A DNA stretch of 64,000 bases from Pseudomonadota bacterium (GCA_041178425.1 JBEGVH010000029.1:51770-115769), one strand, 5' to 3'; positions 46,908-57,149 are shown, numbered from the stretch's first letter. Notes: a model not told the origin generated them from the letters alone. Numbers and translations are program-made.

Positions 46908-48201
46908 GAGGAACCTCGGTGTCTGAGTTTGTATTTTGGCGACGAAGCTCTTTTAAAACCTCAGTGGCATTACTCAGAGAAATACGCTTTCTCATTGCAA
47001 GAATTTCTTCTAGACGTTTTTGCACATAAGGAATCTCTTTTTCTTCAGCACCAGCCCCAAGAGTTAGGTTCTTGATATGTAGCTTCATATGGCCTTCAAT
47101 AATCCCAACCGTGGTTAAGGCTTTCAACGCCCCAAGGTTTTGCACCAAACCAACAGAGGCAATCACGCGCGACAATTCGTTCGCCGATTGCACGCCCATC
47201 ATTCTCATACTCATTTTGGCCGTTGGATGAAGCGTGGTCACGCCTCCCACCGTACCTACGATAAGAGGTGCTTCAAACTTTCCAATGAGTCTATTTCCAT
47301 CGCGGCGCCATTGTGTGATCGAGCTATAAGAGCCCGAACGGGCGGCATAAGCATGAATTCCTGCTTCCACCGCACGCCAATCATTACCCGTAGCAATCAG
47401 AATGGGGTCGATACCATTAAGGACACCCTTATTGTTTGTAGCGGCTCGATAGGGATCAATTTCGGCAAAAATCGATGCCTCTTCTATTTTCTCGGCTAAT
47501 TCTGGATCAATTTGTTCGAGAACGATCTCTGCCTTAGTGAGTTTAGTATCCACCAGATTAGAGAGAATGCACATTGTGACCTTTTCACCCGTGATTTCTT
47601 CAATCGGACCTTTTAGATATTCACAAACTTGATTGATGATATTCGCGCCCATCGCATCGCATGGATTTGCCATCACATGCACAACGCCCATTTTGAGTCC
47701 GTCAGGACGATCTAACAACCGAACTTTGATGGCCGTCACACCGCCACCCCTTTTTACAAGGCCAAAAGCCACCTCAACGTTAGCTTCGTCAATGAGCGCA
47801 GAGGCTTTTGCCATGATTTTTTGTTCGAACTCTTCAGGCATTTTTAATTTGGCAATCTGAATTTGACCAATTATTTCGTGGCCATCCACTCGCGTTTGAA
47901 TGTATCCACAATCGCGCACCCATTTTGCTGTCTTACTTGCTGCTGCCACAATCGAAGTTTCCTCAACCGCTAAAGGAATCAGAATATCGCGGCCATCGAT
48001 TCTAAAATTGGTTGCGACGCCTAGTGGAAGCTGGAAGTACCCAATCACATTCTCGATAAATTTCTCACCCAAGGAAAGATCTTTGAGACCACCTTTATCA
48101 AGAAACTCAATGTCTTCTTTTGTTAGAGCACCAACTTTATTTAGTTTTTGGTATCGCTCATTTCTATTGAGCTTTGAAAAACCCTGAAACAGATCTGTCA
48201 T
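46900..48201 (-). CDS. mvaA: Hydroxymethylglutaryl-CoA reductase, class II
   Basis: IENVIG, EETSIVAA, DAMGAN, RAATNNKG, GNDWRA, GTVGG and EGHMKLH. Confidence 0.94.
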   Translation of the reverse strand: MTDLFQGFSKLNRNERYQKLNKVGALTKEDIEFLDKGGLKDLSLGEKFIENVIGYFQLPLGVATNFRIDGRDILIPLAVEETSIVAAASKTAKWVRDCGYIQTRVDGHEIIGQIQIAKLKMPEEFEQKIMAKASALIDEANVEVAFGLVKRGGGVTAIKVRLLDRPDGLKMGVVHVMANPCDAMGANIINQVCEYLKGPIEEITGEKVTMCILSNLVDTKLTKAEIVLEQIDPELAEKIEEASIFAEIDPYRAATNNKGVLNGIDPILIATGNDWRAVEAGIHAYAARSGSYSSITQWRRDGNRLIGKFEAPLIVGTVGGVTTLHPTAKMSMRMMGVQSANELSRVIASVGLVQNLGALKALTTVGIIEGHMKLHIKNLTLGAGAEEKEIPYVQKRLEEILAMRKRISLSNATEVLKELRRQNTNSDTEVPHV

Positions 48202-49238
48202 TCCGTCTCCCATGTCCAAACCTTTCGCTGTTTCAAATCACTGATTTTATTAATGCCAACACAGAAGAGGCCAATTTTCAGTTCATATTCTAATTGGTTC
48301 ATCAACTGAACCACTGGTTCTGCACCCAACAAGGCCTTCTCTAATAAGGGCTTTGCCATTCCAATTCTAGTGGCCCCCATCGCTAAGCACTGAGTGGCCT
48401 GAAGACCGTTTCGAATGCCACCCGACGCCCAAACTTCTGTTTGATCTAATTGGATTTCTGAAAGTTGATAAAGAGCTTTGGGAGTAGAAATTCCCCAATC
48501 TTTAAAGGCCATAGCCGCTAATGCCTGGGCACTTTGTTCTTGCGATCTAAGCCCTTCTACTCGCCCCCAGTGCGTGCCGCCGCGGCCGCTAACATCAATG
48601 GCAGCCACTCCCACATTGGCTAAACGACGAGCCGTAGAAACCGAAACGCCCGACCCAACTTCTTTGACTATCACAGGAACTGGAAGGCTCTTAACCAAAG
48701 CTTCGATGGCCCGAATCCCCCCCTTGAATTGTGGAGTTCCCTCTGGCTGCAAGCATTCCTGCAATGAATTGATATGAATAAATAAAGCGACAGCCTCAGT
48801 GTTTTCAATGAGTCTCTGTATCTTTGAAATGGGCGTATTAATAACTTGAGAAACACCAATGTTTGAAACTAATGGCACTCGAGGATAATTTTGGCGAATT
48901 TTTTTCCACTCTTTAGCGGCATCAAGATCTTCGAGTTCTCGACGTTGCGAACCAACTCCCAGCATCCAAGATTTTTCAGAACACGCCTCGGCTAGAATGC
49001 AGTTTAGATTTAGGGACTCCGAGTGGCCAGCCGTCATTGAACTCACAAAAAACGGTGACGCCCAAGTATAACCAAGGGACTCTACAGTTAACGAAACATC
49101 ACTCAGATTCAAGTCAGGGAGCGCTTCAGGTATGAGGCGGATACAATCCCAATCCTTTTGAGCCAAAGACTGAGACTCCTCTTTGAGAGAAATACGAATG
49201 TGATCTTTTTTTCTGGTTTCAAAAAGTTCTTCGTTCAC
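48198..49238 (-). CDS. fni: Type 2 isopentenyl-diphosphate delta-isomerase
   Basis: RKKDHI, SSMTAG, GVGSQR, QPEG, VKEVGSG, GRGGT and ASGGIR. Confidence 0.94.
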   Translation of the reverse strand: MNEELFETRKKDHIRISLKEESQSLAQKDWDCIRLIPEALPDLNLSDVSLTVESLGYTWASPFFVSSMTAGHSESLNLNCILAEACSEKSWMLGVGSQRRELEDLDAAKEWKKIRQNYPRVPLVSNIGVSQVINTPISKIQRLIENTEAVALFIHINSLQECLQPEGTPQFKGGIRAIEALVKSLPVPVIVKEVGSGVSVSTARRLANVGVAAIDVSGRGGTHWGRVEGLRSQEQSAQALAAMAFKDWGISTPKALYQLSEIQLDQTEVWASGGIRNGLQATQCLAMGATRIGMAKPLLEKALLGAEPVVQLMNQLEYELKIGLFCVGINKISDLKQRKVWTWETE

Positions 49239-49340
49239 CGCTCACCTTTATTCCTCTGAATTATAACTACGGGATGTTTATTTCTATCAATATCAGCTAA
49301 ACTTGCCAACTCATCATTGTTTCTCAATGGCTTTTGGGCA

Positions 49341-49370
49341 AAAAAAAAGGGGCTCAAAAGCCCCTTTTTT
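49341..49370 (-). terminator. Rho-independent terminator after rplT
   Basis: AAAAAAAAGGGGCT-CAAA-AGCCCCTTTTTT. Confidence 0.8.
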
Positions 49371-49404
49371 AATTTCTTTTTTATCGTATCCGCTTCTTCG
49401 ACAA

Positions 49405-49752
49405 TTAAGCCAAAGCTTGCTTAACAACAGCAGCAAAACCTGCCGCATCGGTCACAGCCAAATCAGCCAAAACCTTACGATCAATGAGCAAACCTTTTTT
49501 GATCATTGCGCCGATAAGAACAGAATATGTTGTTCCATTCAAACGAGCAGCCGCATTGATTCTTTGAGTCCAAAGACGACGGAATGTACGTTTTTTCGCT
49601 TTACGATCACGATAAGCATAAGCCAACGCGCGATCTACTTTTTCAACAGCATGAGTGTAGCAACGGCTATTCGCTGAATAGAAACCTTTTGCTCTCTTCA
49701 ATACTTTTTTGTGACGACGACGATTAGTAAAACCACCTTTTACACGTGCCAT
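49405..49752 (-). CDS. rplT: 50S ribosomal protein L20
   Basis: MARVKGG...[13 protein letters not shown]...[25 protein letters not shown]. Confidence 0.98.
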   Translation of the reverse strand: MARVKGGFTNRRRHKKVLKRAKGFYSANSRCYTHAVEKVDRALAYAYRDRKAKKRTFRRLWTQRINAAARLNGTTYSVLIGAMIKKGLLIDRKVLADLAVTDAAGFAAVVKQALA

Positions 49753-49763
49753 GAGCTACTCCC

Positions 49764-49949
49764 TTAAAATACCAAACAACGTTGGATTTGTAACATGTTA
49801 GCGTCATCAACGTAAGCCGTTTGGCCTAAGTGGCGCTTCGTTTTAGACTTCATGTGGGAGTTCAAGTGACGCATGCGAGTTTGCTTGCGCTTTACTTTTC
49901 CACTCTTCAACAATTGGAGACGTTTTTTTGCTCCAGAGTGCGTTTTCAT
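49764..49949 (-). CDS. rpmI: 50S ribosomal protein L35
   Basis: MKTHSGAKKR...GKVKRK...HL...KTKRHL; directly upstream of rplT. Confidence 0.93.
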   Translation of the reverse strand: MKTHSGAKKRLQLLKSGKVKRKQTRMRHLNSHMKSKTKRHLGQTAYVDDANMLQIQRCLVF

Positions 49950-50180
49950 GTGATGCTCCTGTATTAAAAGGGCGGAAATACCCTATGTATTTCTCTTTTT
50001 ACTTGCCGCTTCTAACAAACGAGGGGTCAACATAAGCCGGAAGAGACGAATAACGCAAGTTTTTTTTAGTTTTCCCCAATAAAATCCAAATGTTTATCAA
50101 CAACAGGAACTTCCATTGCCTACCCACCCCTTATTGATTAAGTTCTTGTTAATTCAATTACTTAAGGCATTGGAGCCACT

Positions 50181-51455
50181 ATGAAGAACCGATATCTCAG
50201 CGCGAAGGAAGCCATCCAAAAAATTCCAATGACCGGCAGGGTTTTTATACAAGGGGCCGCGGCAACCCCCAACCGATTAATTAATGAGCTCATAAACCAG
50301 GCCGACCGATTCAGAGATCTGGAACTGATGCACTTACACACAATCGGTGAGGCCACCTACTCAGCACCTCAGTACAAAGATAACTTTCGAATCACCAACT
50401 TTTTCGTGGGTGCTAATTTACGCAAAGCCATCGATTACGACCGAATCGACTACCTTCCTTGTTTTTTATCCGAAATACCGCAACTCCTCAAAATGGGACC
50501 TCGCCGCCCCGATGTGGCACTGATTCATGTTTCGCCCCCCGATCAACATGGGTATTGCACACTGGGAACGAGTGTCGACGTTACCCGAGCGGCTGTTGAC
50601 TCAGCCCCTATAGTTATAGCCCAGGTAAACCCACGAATGCCGCGAGTTCACGGAGATGGTGTTATTTCTATCGATGAGATCCACCACCTCGTCGAAGTTG
50701 ATGAGCCCATCCCAGAAAGCGTGCTTCCAGTGTTGTCTGCCGCTGAAGAGAAAATTGGAAAAAATATTGCAGAAATTATCGACGATGGCGCTACTCTGCA
50801 GATGGGAATTGGCGCGATTCCAAACGCCGTTCTTAAGTTTTTAAATAACCATAAAGATCTCGGCATGCATACAGAAATGTGGTCTGACGGAGCTCTGGAA
50901 CTTATCGAAAAAGGCATTATTAACAATCGCAAAAAGAAAATTCATCCTCACAAAAATATCTCAACTTTTCTCTTTGGAAGCCAAAAGCTTTACTCCTTTA
51001 TTGATGACAATCCGGCCGTCATTCAACTCGATGTAGCCTATGTTAATAACCCTGCGGTGATTGCTAGAAACCAAAAAGTAACGGCAATCAACTCCGCTGT
51101 TGAAGTTGACCTCACCGGCCAAGTGTGTGCTGATTCGATTGGATCTCATGTTATTTCTGGCGTGGGCGGACAAATCGATTTTATTCGAGGTGCTTCACTG
51201 TCTGAGGGCGGCAAACCCATCATTGCCATGACTTCGAGAACTCATGGTGGCCTTTCGCGCATTGCCGCCTCACTCAAAAAGGGGGCCGGAGTCGTTACAA
51301 GTCGAGCCCATGTTCATTATGTGGCCACAGAATATGGAGTAGCCAATCTTTTCGGTAAGACCATCAACGAACGCGCCCACTCACTCATTGCCATTTCACA
51401 CCCCGAAGACCGCGAACGACTTGAAAAAGAGTGGTTTGAAATCAAGAACAGCTAA
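50181..51455 (+). CDS. Acetyl-CoA hydrolase/transferase (4-hydroxybutyrate CoA-transferase-like)
   Basis: VSPPDQHGYCTLG, LQMGIGAIP, LGMHTEM, SGVGGQIDF and TEYGVA. Confidence 0.93.
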   Translation: MKNRYLSAKEAIQKIPMTGRVFIQGAAATPNRLINELINQADRFRDLELMHLHTIGEATYSAPQYKDNFRITNFFVGANLRKAIDYDRIDYLPCFLSEIPQLLKMGPRRPDVALIHVSPPDQHGYCTLGTSVDVTRAAVDSAPIVIAQVNPRMPRVHGDGVISIDEIHHLVEVDEPIPESVLPVLSAAEEKIGKNIAEIIDDGATLQMGIGAIPNAVLKFLNNHKDLGMHTEMWSDGALELIEKGIINNRKKKIHPHKNISTFLFGSQKLYSFIDDNPAVIQLDVAYVNNPAVIARNQKVTAINSAVEVDLTGQVCADSIGSHVISGVGGQIDFIRGASLSEGGKPIIAMTSRTHGGLSRIAASLKKGAGVVTSRAHVHYVATEYGVANLFGKTINERAHSLIAISHPEDRERLEKEWFEIKNS

Positions 51456-51583
51456 AGTTGGATCTTAACAACAGCAAATCTTCGTTGGTCTGTTGAAAAA
51501 GTTTTCAAAAATCGAAACTTTTCACATTATTTCATTTAATTGCTAGTCTCCCTCTTTAGCTGGACCAAGGTAAGACCGATGAT

Positions 51584-52123
51584 TTGGCTATGAAAAAATT
51601 AATTTATAAATCATTTCTATTTGTCTTTTTGTTCACGTTTACTCTCCATAGCGCCGCCGAATCGGTGCTTGAACGCCCAAGTAAAGGAGTCATCAATTTA
51701 CCCATCTCTTTTGATGAAAATGGCCATATCGATTTTGACTTCTTCAAGAAACTACCCCAGAAGGGGCCGAGCCTCATCGCCGACTGCAAAATCGAAAACT
51801 ATCGAGCGAAAGTTTTCAAACAAGACAGAATAAAAAGCGCCCTCATCACACAAGTAAAAAATGGCCAATCTAAAGAAAAAAAAGTTCCGTTTGTTTACTC
51901 TAAAACTCTCACCAAAGACATGCTTGGCCAGTACTCGGCGGCCGTCGACATCGCCCAGGCCCTCGGCATCACCCAAGTTGAGTACATTAAACTTTATCTT
52001 GTAGATCCCAATATTCAACTTGAGAAAAATCGCACCTTCGTTTTCTTTTACGACGAAGACAACGAAATTATCGACAAAACAATTCTTGTTGGTAAACAGT
52101 GGTTTCGCTGTGAACAAGAATAA
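51584..52123 (+). CDS. Hypothetical secreted protein
   Basis: MKKLIYKSFLFVFLFTFTLHSAA signal peptide. Confidence 0.65.
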   Translation: MAMKKLIYKSFLFVFLFTFTLHSAAESVLERPSKGVINLPISFDENGHIDFDFFKKLPQKGPSLIADCKIENYRAKVFKQDRIKSALITQVKNGQSKEKKVPFVYSKTLTKDMLGQYSAAVDIAQALGITQVEYIKLYLVDPNIQLEKNRTFVFFYDEDNEIIDKTILVGKQWFRCEQE

Positions 52124-52199
52124 ATAAGACCTACGACCAAGGTCTTGTTTTCTCGGGCTAGACTTGTCGTTCCTCGACGTCTTGCCGTTTAATTAGGCA

Positions 52200-53702
52200 A
52201 TGAGGACTGTAAATATAAAATATTTATCAATGATCGCAGCCGTCGGTCTTTCTGGTTGTCAACCGGCAAGCAATGATTTTCAAAAGCTAACATCAGGAAC
52301 AAAAAACTCTCTCATCTGCGAGCAAAATTTTGATGATTTTAACAATCGCCTTTATGAGTTTTGGATCAATAAAAAAGAAACTCCGAGTTCCAGTGAGTTT
52401 AAGGAACAGCTAGAAAGTTTTTTAGAGACAGAACCACACTGGCAGAAACTCGATAAGAAAAAGCTCAAGGCGGTAGTTAAAGCGAGCACGAGCTATTACG
52501 CTTTTTTGACAAAAAAGCTCACCAAATCAGTCTCAGAGCCCGAAGAAAAATTAAAACTCCTCACCGCTTTAGAAATCGGTGATTCTGGCGATGAAAGAAA
52601 GCGACTTCTAGTCGACTGGGCCGAACAAAAGGCCTTTCTAAAAAAGCAATTGCAGTCGATAGAACTTCCCTGTCAACTCCCTCCGAAAGAATCCGATAAC
52701 TCAAAGCCAAACTCTAGAGAAGAAGCCAATAAAGACCAAAACGCAGGGGGCTTATCTAAGGCTGTGTACGGACTTCGGCGGGCTTTTGCCACCGCTTATC
52801 AAAGCTGTCATTCGCTGCGCCTACCAGCCCTCACCTCGAATACTCCCGACGTAGAGGGAATAAAAATTCTGAAAGAAAGTCATCCCGACGGCAACGGACG
52901 AAAAAGAGTTTATGGCGATCTCAGCAAAATTTTAACAACTCACCCCTATTATCAAGCCGGTGCCGAACAAGCAAAATGCTTTGATGCCTCAAAAACCCCA
53001 TTGATCTATGATTACGGCGGAAAGCCCTTTACTCGTGCTGACAATGATTCTGATTTAGATTTCTTTTCTAATGACGGCAGCGGCACCAATGTTCTTGGCA
53101 TTGATTGTTCAGGCTTTATTTTTTCGGCTATCGCTCGAGCGGGCCTCAATATCGCTCCCAACAAAGCCCTAAAAGCGGTGTCAGTTCACGGTATCTCTGC
53201 ACGAATGTTTAAAGACCCAAAAAATAATGGCTTGTCTTGTTTTACACCGATCACCATCGACCCAACCAATTCATTAAAAGCGGGTGACATCATCGCCTCC
53301 AATGGCCACGTGGTCATGGTAGACCAAGTGGGTGAAGACCCCTTTGGTTTGAGACGAGCCGGATCCATCAATGATTGTCATCAAGATATTCTGACAACAA
53401 GCGGTTTTGATTTTATCATTACACACTCGAGTCCATGGAAAGAGGGCGTGGGAATCAATCGATCCAAGGTGAGTGATTATCTCCCCTCATCCGAAAACTT
53501 TAGCGCAGGCCTGATCAATTATGCGATTGCGATCTGCAAGGCTCAATTTAATACAACCCCAAACCCTATTCCAGACACGAACGACGTCAAAATTGTGCGC
53601 CACAAAGACTCTCCGGAGTGTTTAACCACGAAAGCTCTCGCTCTCCGTCATGAGAGTTGCGTCGCTGAATGCCCTTTCGACGGCTCGATTGAAAGTCTCT
53701 GA
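52200..53702 (+). CDS. Lipoprotein with NlpC/P60-like cysteine hydrolase domain
   Basis: LSGC lipobox; YDYGG, GIDCSGF and GDIIASNGHVVMV. Confidence 0.72.
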   Translation: MRTVNIKYLSMIAAVGLSGCQPASNDFQKLTSGTKNSLICEQNFDDFNNRLYEFWINKKETPSSSEFKEQLESFLETEPHWQKLDKKKLKAVVKASTSYYAFLTKKLTKSVSEPEEKLKLLTALEIGDSGDERKRLLVDWAEQKAFLKKQLQSIELPCQLPPKESDNSKPNSREEANKDQNAGGLSKAVYGLRRAFATAYQSCHSLRLPALTSNTPDVEGIKILKESHPDGNGRKRVYGDLSKILTTHPYYQAGAEQAKCFDASKTPLIYDYGGKPFTRADNDSDLDFFSNDGSGTNVLGIDCSGFIFSAIARAGLNIAPNKALKAVSVHGISARMFKDPKNNGLSCFTPITIDPTNSLKAGDIIASNGHVVMVDQVGEDPFGLRRAGSINDCHQDILTTSGFDFIITHSSPWKEGVGINRSKVSDYLPSSENFSAGLINYAIAICKAQFNTTPNPIPDTNDVKIVRHKDSPECLTTKALALRHESCVAECPFDGSIESL

Positions 53703-53787
53703 GGTGAGGCAGAATAGGATATTTTTACTTGCACCTGCCTAACGAAACCGGAACTATAAGAGTTAACTCAAAAAAGTCGGAGACGGT

Positions 53788-54573
53788 GTGCAAGTCAAAT
53801 ACAATGTTCCCCAGCAACAAGGCTTCGAATGGTTAAAGCAAGGCTGGTCGTCTTACCGCTTATTTCCTGCACAATGGACGTTAATTATATTTGTTGCGAT
53901 GGGTGCTAGTTACTTATTTGGTGCTATTATTCCTCTTGTTGGTTTTATTTTAGGTGACTTGGTTCAAACCCTTTTGGGAATTGGGGCCTACCGCTCTTTT
54001 TTGGCTTTAAAAAAAGAACAAAAATTTCGATGGGACCTTTTGATTGTTGATTTTAATAATTTTGATTTAATAACGAATCTCATTTTAATGAAAACGATTG
54101 CTTTCTTGAGCCTGATTGGAGTCACCGCAACACTGCTTGGAATCGACCTTTACCTCGGCATAACAACGAAAGACTTTTTAAGCCTTGTTCAAATCATAAA
54201 TACGAAAACTTTTTATCTCATACCCGACACTTTCATGAAGCTTTTGCTGATGAACGCGATCGTTCTTGGTCTCTGGGTGCTGCTCCTCTTTGCCGCAACG
54301 ACATTTGCTCCATTACTTATCGTCGTTCATGGGGCATCGCCAATCAAGGCGCTTTGGATGAGCTTAAAAATCAACTTTGGCAATGTTGGCGCTTTTGCTG
54401 TTTTAGGTTTACTAAGCACACTAGTAACAATTTTAGCTGCTTTGCCGTTGTTACTGGGAATGTTTGTCGCTCTGCCGGTGTTAAGCCTATCGCTGATGGC
54501 TGCTTTCAAAGAATTAACGGGGGACCAAGAACTCCCTCCCGAAACCGCACTAACAGAGCCAACTTCTTTTTAA
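53788..54573 (+). CDS. BPSS1780-like integral membrane protein
   Basis: GFEWLKQGW, FAPLLI...PIKALWMS and LPLLLGMFVALPV. Confidence 0.7.
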   Translation: MQVKYNVPQQQGFEWLKQGWSSYRLFPAQWTLIIFVAMGASYLFGAIIPLVGFILGDLVQTLLGIGAYRSFLALKKEQKFRWDLLIVDFNNFDLITNLILMKTIAFLSLIGVTATLLGIDLYLGITTKDFLSLVQIINTKTFYLIPDTFMKLLLMNAIVLGLWVLLLFAATTFAPLLIVVHGASPIKALWMSLKINFGNVGAFAVLGLLSTLVTILAALPLLLGMFVALPVLSLSLMAAFKELTGDQELPPETALTEPTSF

Positions 54574-55268
54574 CGGCTGCGAATGAGCCAAACCCGATAA
54601 AAAGCTTCTAAAACAATTTTCATAGACATTTTGCTCTGACCGACTCGACGATCCTCGAAGACAATAGGAACTTCCGTTCCCTTAAAACCCAAACGAGATG
54701 CTCGGTACTTGAGTTCAATTTGAAAGCTATAGCCATTTGATTGCACTTTATCTAGATCCATCGCAATTAAAACTTGACGGTGCCAAGCATTAAAACCTCC
54801 CGTCCAATCTCGAATTGGAAAACCGAGTATCAGGCGGGAATACAAGGAGCCACCTCTAGAGATGATCTTTCTCAGAAGCCCCCAATTAACGGTGCTTCCA
54901 CCGGGAACATAACGGGAGCCGATAACAAAATCGCTAGTCTTCGCCTCTTCCAAAACTTTAACTAAGTCTTCCGGTCGATGAGAAAAATCGGCATCCATTT
55001 CAGTGAGAACGTCGAAGCCATTTTCGAGGCCCCAATGGAAGCCAGCAATATAAGCCCGACCTAACCCCTCTTTTTTTTGTCGTAGAAGCAAATGAACCCT
55101 AGAGCTCTCAGCCTGAAGCTGCTTTACAATATTTGCCGTTCCGTCTGGCGAATTATCATCAACAACAAGAATTTCTGTTTCTGCCGTCGTCAAATTTAAA
55201 ACAGCAGGCACAATCTGACTAATATTTTCGCGTTCGTTATAGGTCGGTATAATCACTAAAGTTTTCAT
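54570..55268 (-). CDS. Polyprenol monophosphomannose synthase (GT2, Dpm1/Ppm1-like)
   Basis: IIPTYNEREN, VVDDNSPDGT, GLGRAY, MDADFSH, GYSFQIE and FEDRRVGQSKMS. Confidence 0.92.
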   Translation of the reverse strand: MKTLVIIPTYNERENISQIVPAVLNLTTAETEILVVDDNSPDGTANIVKQLQAESSRVHLLLRQKKEGLGRAYIAGFHWGLENGFDVLTEMDADFSHRPEDLVKVLEEAKTSDFVIGSRYVPGGSTVNWGLLRKIISRGGSLYSRLILGFPIRDWTGGFNAWHRQVLIAMDLDKVQSNGYSFQIELKYRASRLGFKGTEVPIVFEDRRVGQSKMSMKIVLEAFYRVWLIRSR

Positions 55269-55334
55269 CGTGGTCCGACCTTATCGAAGTCCTGCTTGAA
55301 AAACAATAAGAACATCCGGTTTCGCACAAGCGAA

Positions 55335-55784
55335 TTAAATTGGCCTTGAAGGGGACGGCCTTGAGGAGCCTATAAAGTCATCATTCCTGGGAATTCGCTT
55401 TTTCGGCAATTCAAGCGCCGGTGCGAGGAGAAATCGCGGGTCATTTTTTCGACGATCCAAAAACTCTTTCACTTTTTGGGCAGCACGGTGCGGATTTTTT
55501 CTATAGATCAAAGGATCAAAACCACACTGGCGGCAAATCAGAGCCAATCGCCAGCGAAAATGAGTCACGATCTCCCCAAGGAATAAGCAAATAAAAAAAA
55601 CGGGAATGGCTTTCTGATTCCATGTTCCCCACAAACCCCACATAAAAGACACCGTGAGCAAAAGGGAGAAAAAGATATAGACAAAGCTCACACCCTTTTT
55701 TTTGTAGACGCGATGGGGAGTCCGACAAAAAGCACAATAACACTTTTGTTTATTTTTTGCGTTACTTCCCATTCCTAACTCCAT
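55335..55784 (-). CDS. Hypothetical membrane protein with two CxxC pairs
   Basis: CAFC, two TM helices, then CRQCGFDP. Confidence 0.72.
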   Translation of the reverse strand: MELGMGSNAKNKQKCYCAFCRTPHRVYKKKGVSFVYIFFSLLLTVSFMWGLWGTWNQKAIPVFFICLFLGEIVTHFRWRLALICRQCGFDPLIYRKNPHRAAQKVKEFLDRRKNDPRFLLAPALELPKKRIPRNDDFIGSSRPSPSRPI

Positions 55785-55797
55785 CCAATAGGCGCGC

Positions 55798-56472
55798 TTA
55801 GAAAACGTTGTTTAGTTTTACAACGAGAGCTAGACCATGTTTATCCACAGAATCACTAATAAGACTCAAATGTGACTGAATCTCAAAATCGATGTCAAAA
55901 TGACTCCCTACGGGAACCAGCATACCGATTCCCATAGAGTAAACAGGAGTTGTTTGAAACTGGTTTCCGTTCGAAAGAAGGCCATTGTATCGAAGATAGC
56001 GGGCCCCTAATCCGTTCGCAAAGCGAAACTTCATTCTCGATTGTGGCGCCTGCTGAAGATAGGCCAAGCGTAGGTCAAACTCCCGGAGCGCGAGAGTTCC
56101 CTCGTCTGTTTTTGACTGACCAAAATTCTTTAAAACGCCCTCGGCCACCCACTCCGTTGAAAAAAGATCAATGCCTACACCAAGCTGAAGCCCGTCTTCA
56201 AAACGACTGAAGGTTCGGTCATTAATCGATAACGTGTTAATGGACTGAATAAAACCAAGAGAAAAATGAATCTTTAAAGTATCAAAAGGATCAACCGAAT
56301 TTGTTTGCACCCAATGTCTTTGCTGTTTGCTCACTCTTGAATTGAGTTCGCGCACCAGCTGATCGTACGAAACTTCTTCGCTCTCTCCCGAACTATCAGA
56401 AGACGCCCACGCTGGCATTTGGTAAAACCCACCAACAAAAATCAATACTGCTAGAAAAAAGTTTATCTTCAT
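55798..56472 (-). CDS. Putative outer membrane beta-barrel protein
   Basis: Signal peptide, alternating amphipathic strands and terminal Phe. Confidence 0.62.
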   Translation of the reverse strand: MKINFFLAVLIFVGGFYQMPAWASSDSSGESEEVSYDQLVRELNSRVSKQQRHWVQTNSVDPFDTLKIHFSLGFIQSINTLSINDRTFSRFEDGLQLGVGIDLFSTEWVAEGVLKNFGQSKTDEGTLALREFDLRLAYLQQAPQSRMKFRFANGLGARYLRYNGLLSNGNQFQTTPVYSMGIGMLVPVGSHFDIDFEIQSHLSLISDSVDKHGLALVVKLNNVF

Positions 56473-56567
56473 ACGTCCTTAGTGTATTCGACCAAGCTAC
56501 AAAGATCCAGAACAGTTCGTACGGCCATCACGGAGCAAGACCTCTGGTCTGGTTCGTCAAATAGAAG

Positions 56568-57149
56568 TTGCACCTTGGCAAAGTCCATACGAAGATCAAG
56601 TTAATGAAACTGCTTGGCGTTGATTTTCGTGAAGTGATTGATACCCTCATCCGATTTTTTAAAAATCCAGTTCTAGTCATGAAGCAAATGCCGGAATGGG
56701 ACTGGAAGACTCTAATCATTTTGCAATTGCTCATCAGTTTACTTTCGGGAGTCATTTCAAGCCTCATCAATCTGAATATCTGGCAAATTCTAAAGGGTCT
56801 GATTTTAATGCCCCCGCTCTTTTTAATGACAGCGGGCGTGAGTAGCCTGTTCCTCTATTATGCCTTTCTTTTTCTTACTCAGCAGAACTTACCGCCCAAA
56901 GATATCTTCACCCTTGTGATCTTATCGAATATTCCCTTTTTTATTTTTCAAACTTTTAGTTCTTTCTTTCCACCGATCACCCTTTTGGGCTTTCTCTTCA
57001 CCGCCCTTTTACTCGTTGTTGGCTTAGTAGAAAGATTTAGCCTTCCGCGAGCTCTGGTCATGAAAGTGGTTGGTTCCATTTGGCTCGTTTTTCTTCTCAT
57101 TTGGATCTACGACCAAATAGAAACATACCAGTTGGGCCGTCGCTTTTAA
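56568..57149 (+). CDS. Yip1 family membrane protein
   Basis: FFKNPV...PEWDW followed by about five TM helices. Confidence 0.65.
   Translation: MHLGKVHTKIKLMKLLGVDFREVIDTLIRFFKNPVLVMKQMPEWDWKTLIILQLLISLLSGVISSLINLNIWQILKGLILMPPLFLMTAGVSSLFLYYAFLFLTQQNLPPKDIFTLVILSNIPFFIFQTFSSFFPPITLLGFLFTALLLVVGLVERFSLPRALVMKVVGSIWLVFLLIWIYDQIETYQLGRRF

Noticed and set aside
49303..49677. 124-aa plus-strand ORF, and the many similar short antisense or nested ORFs in the track
   Set aside because: Shadow ORFs of well-supported genes (here rplT), with no RBS or motifs.
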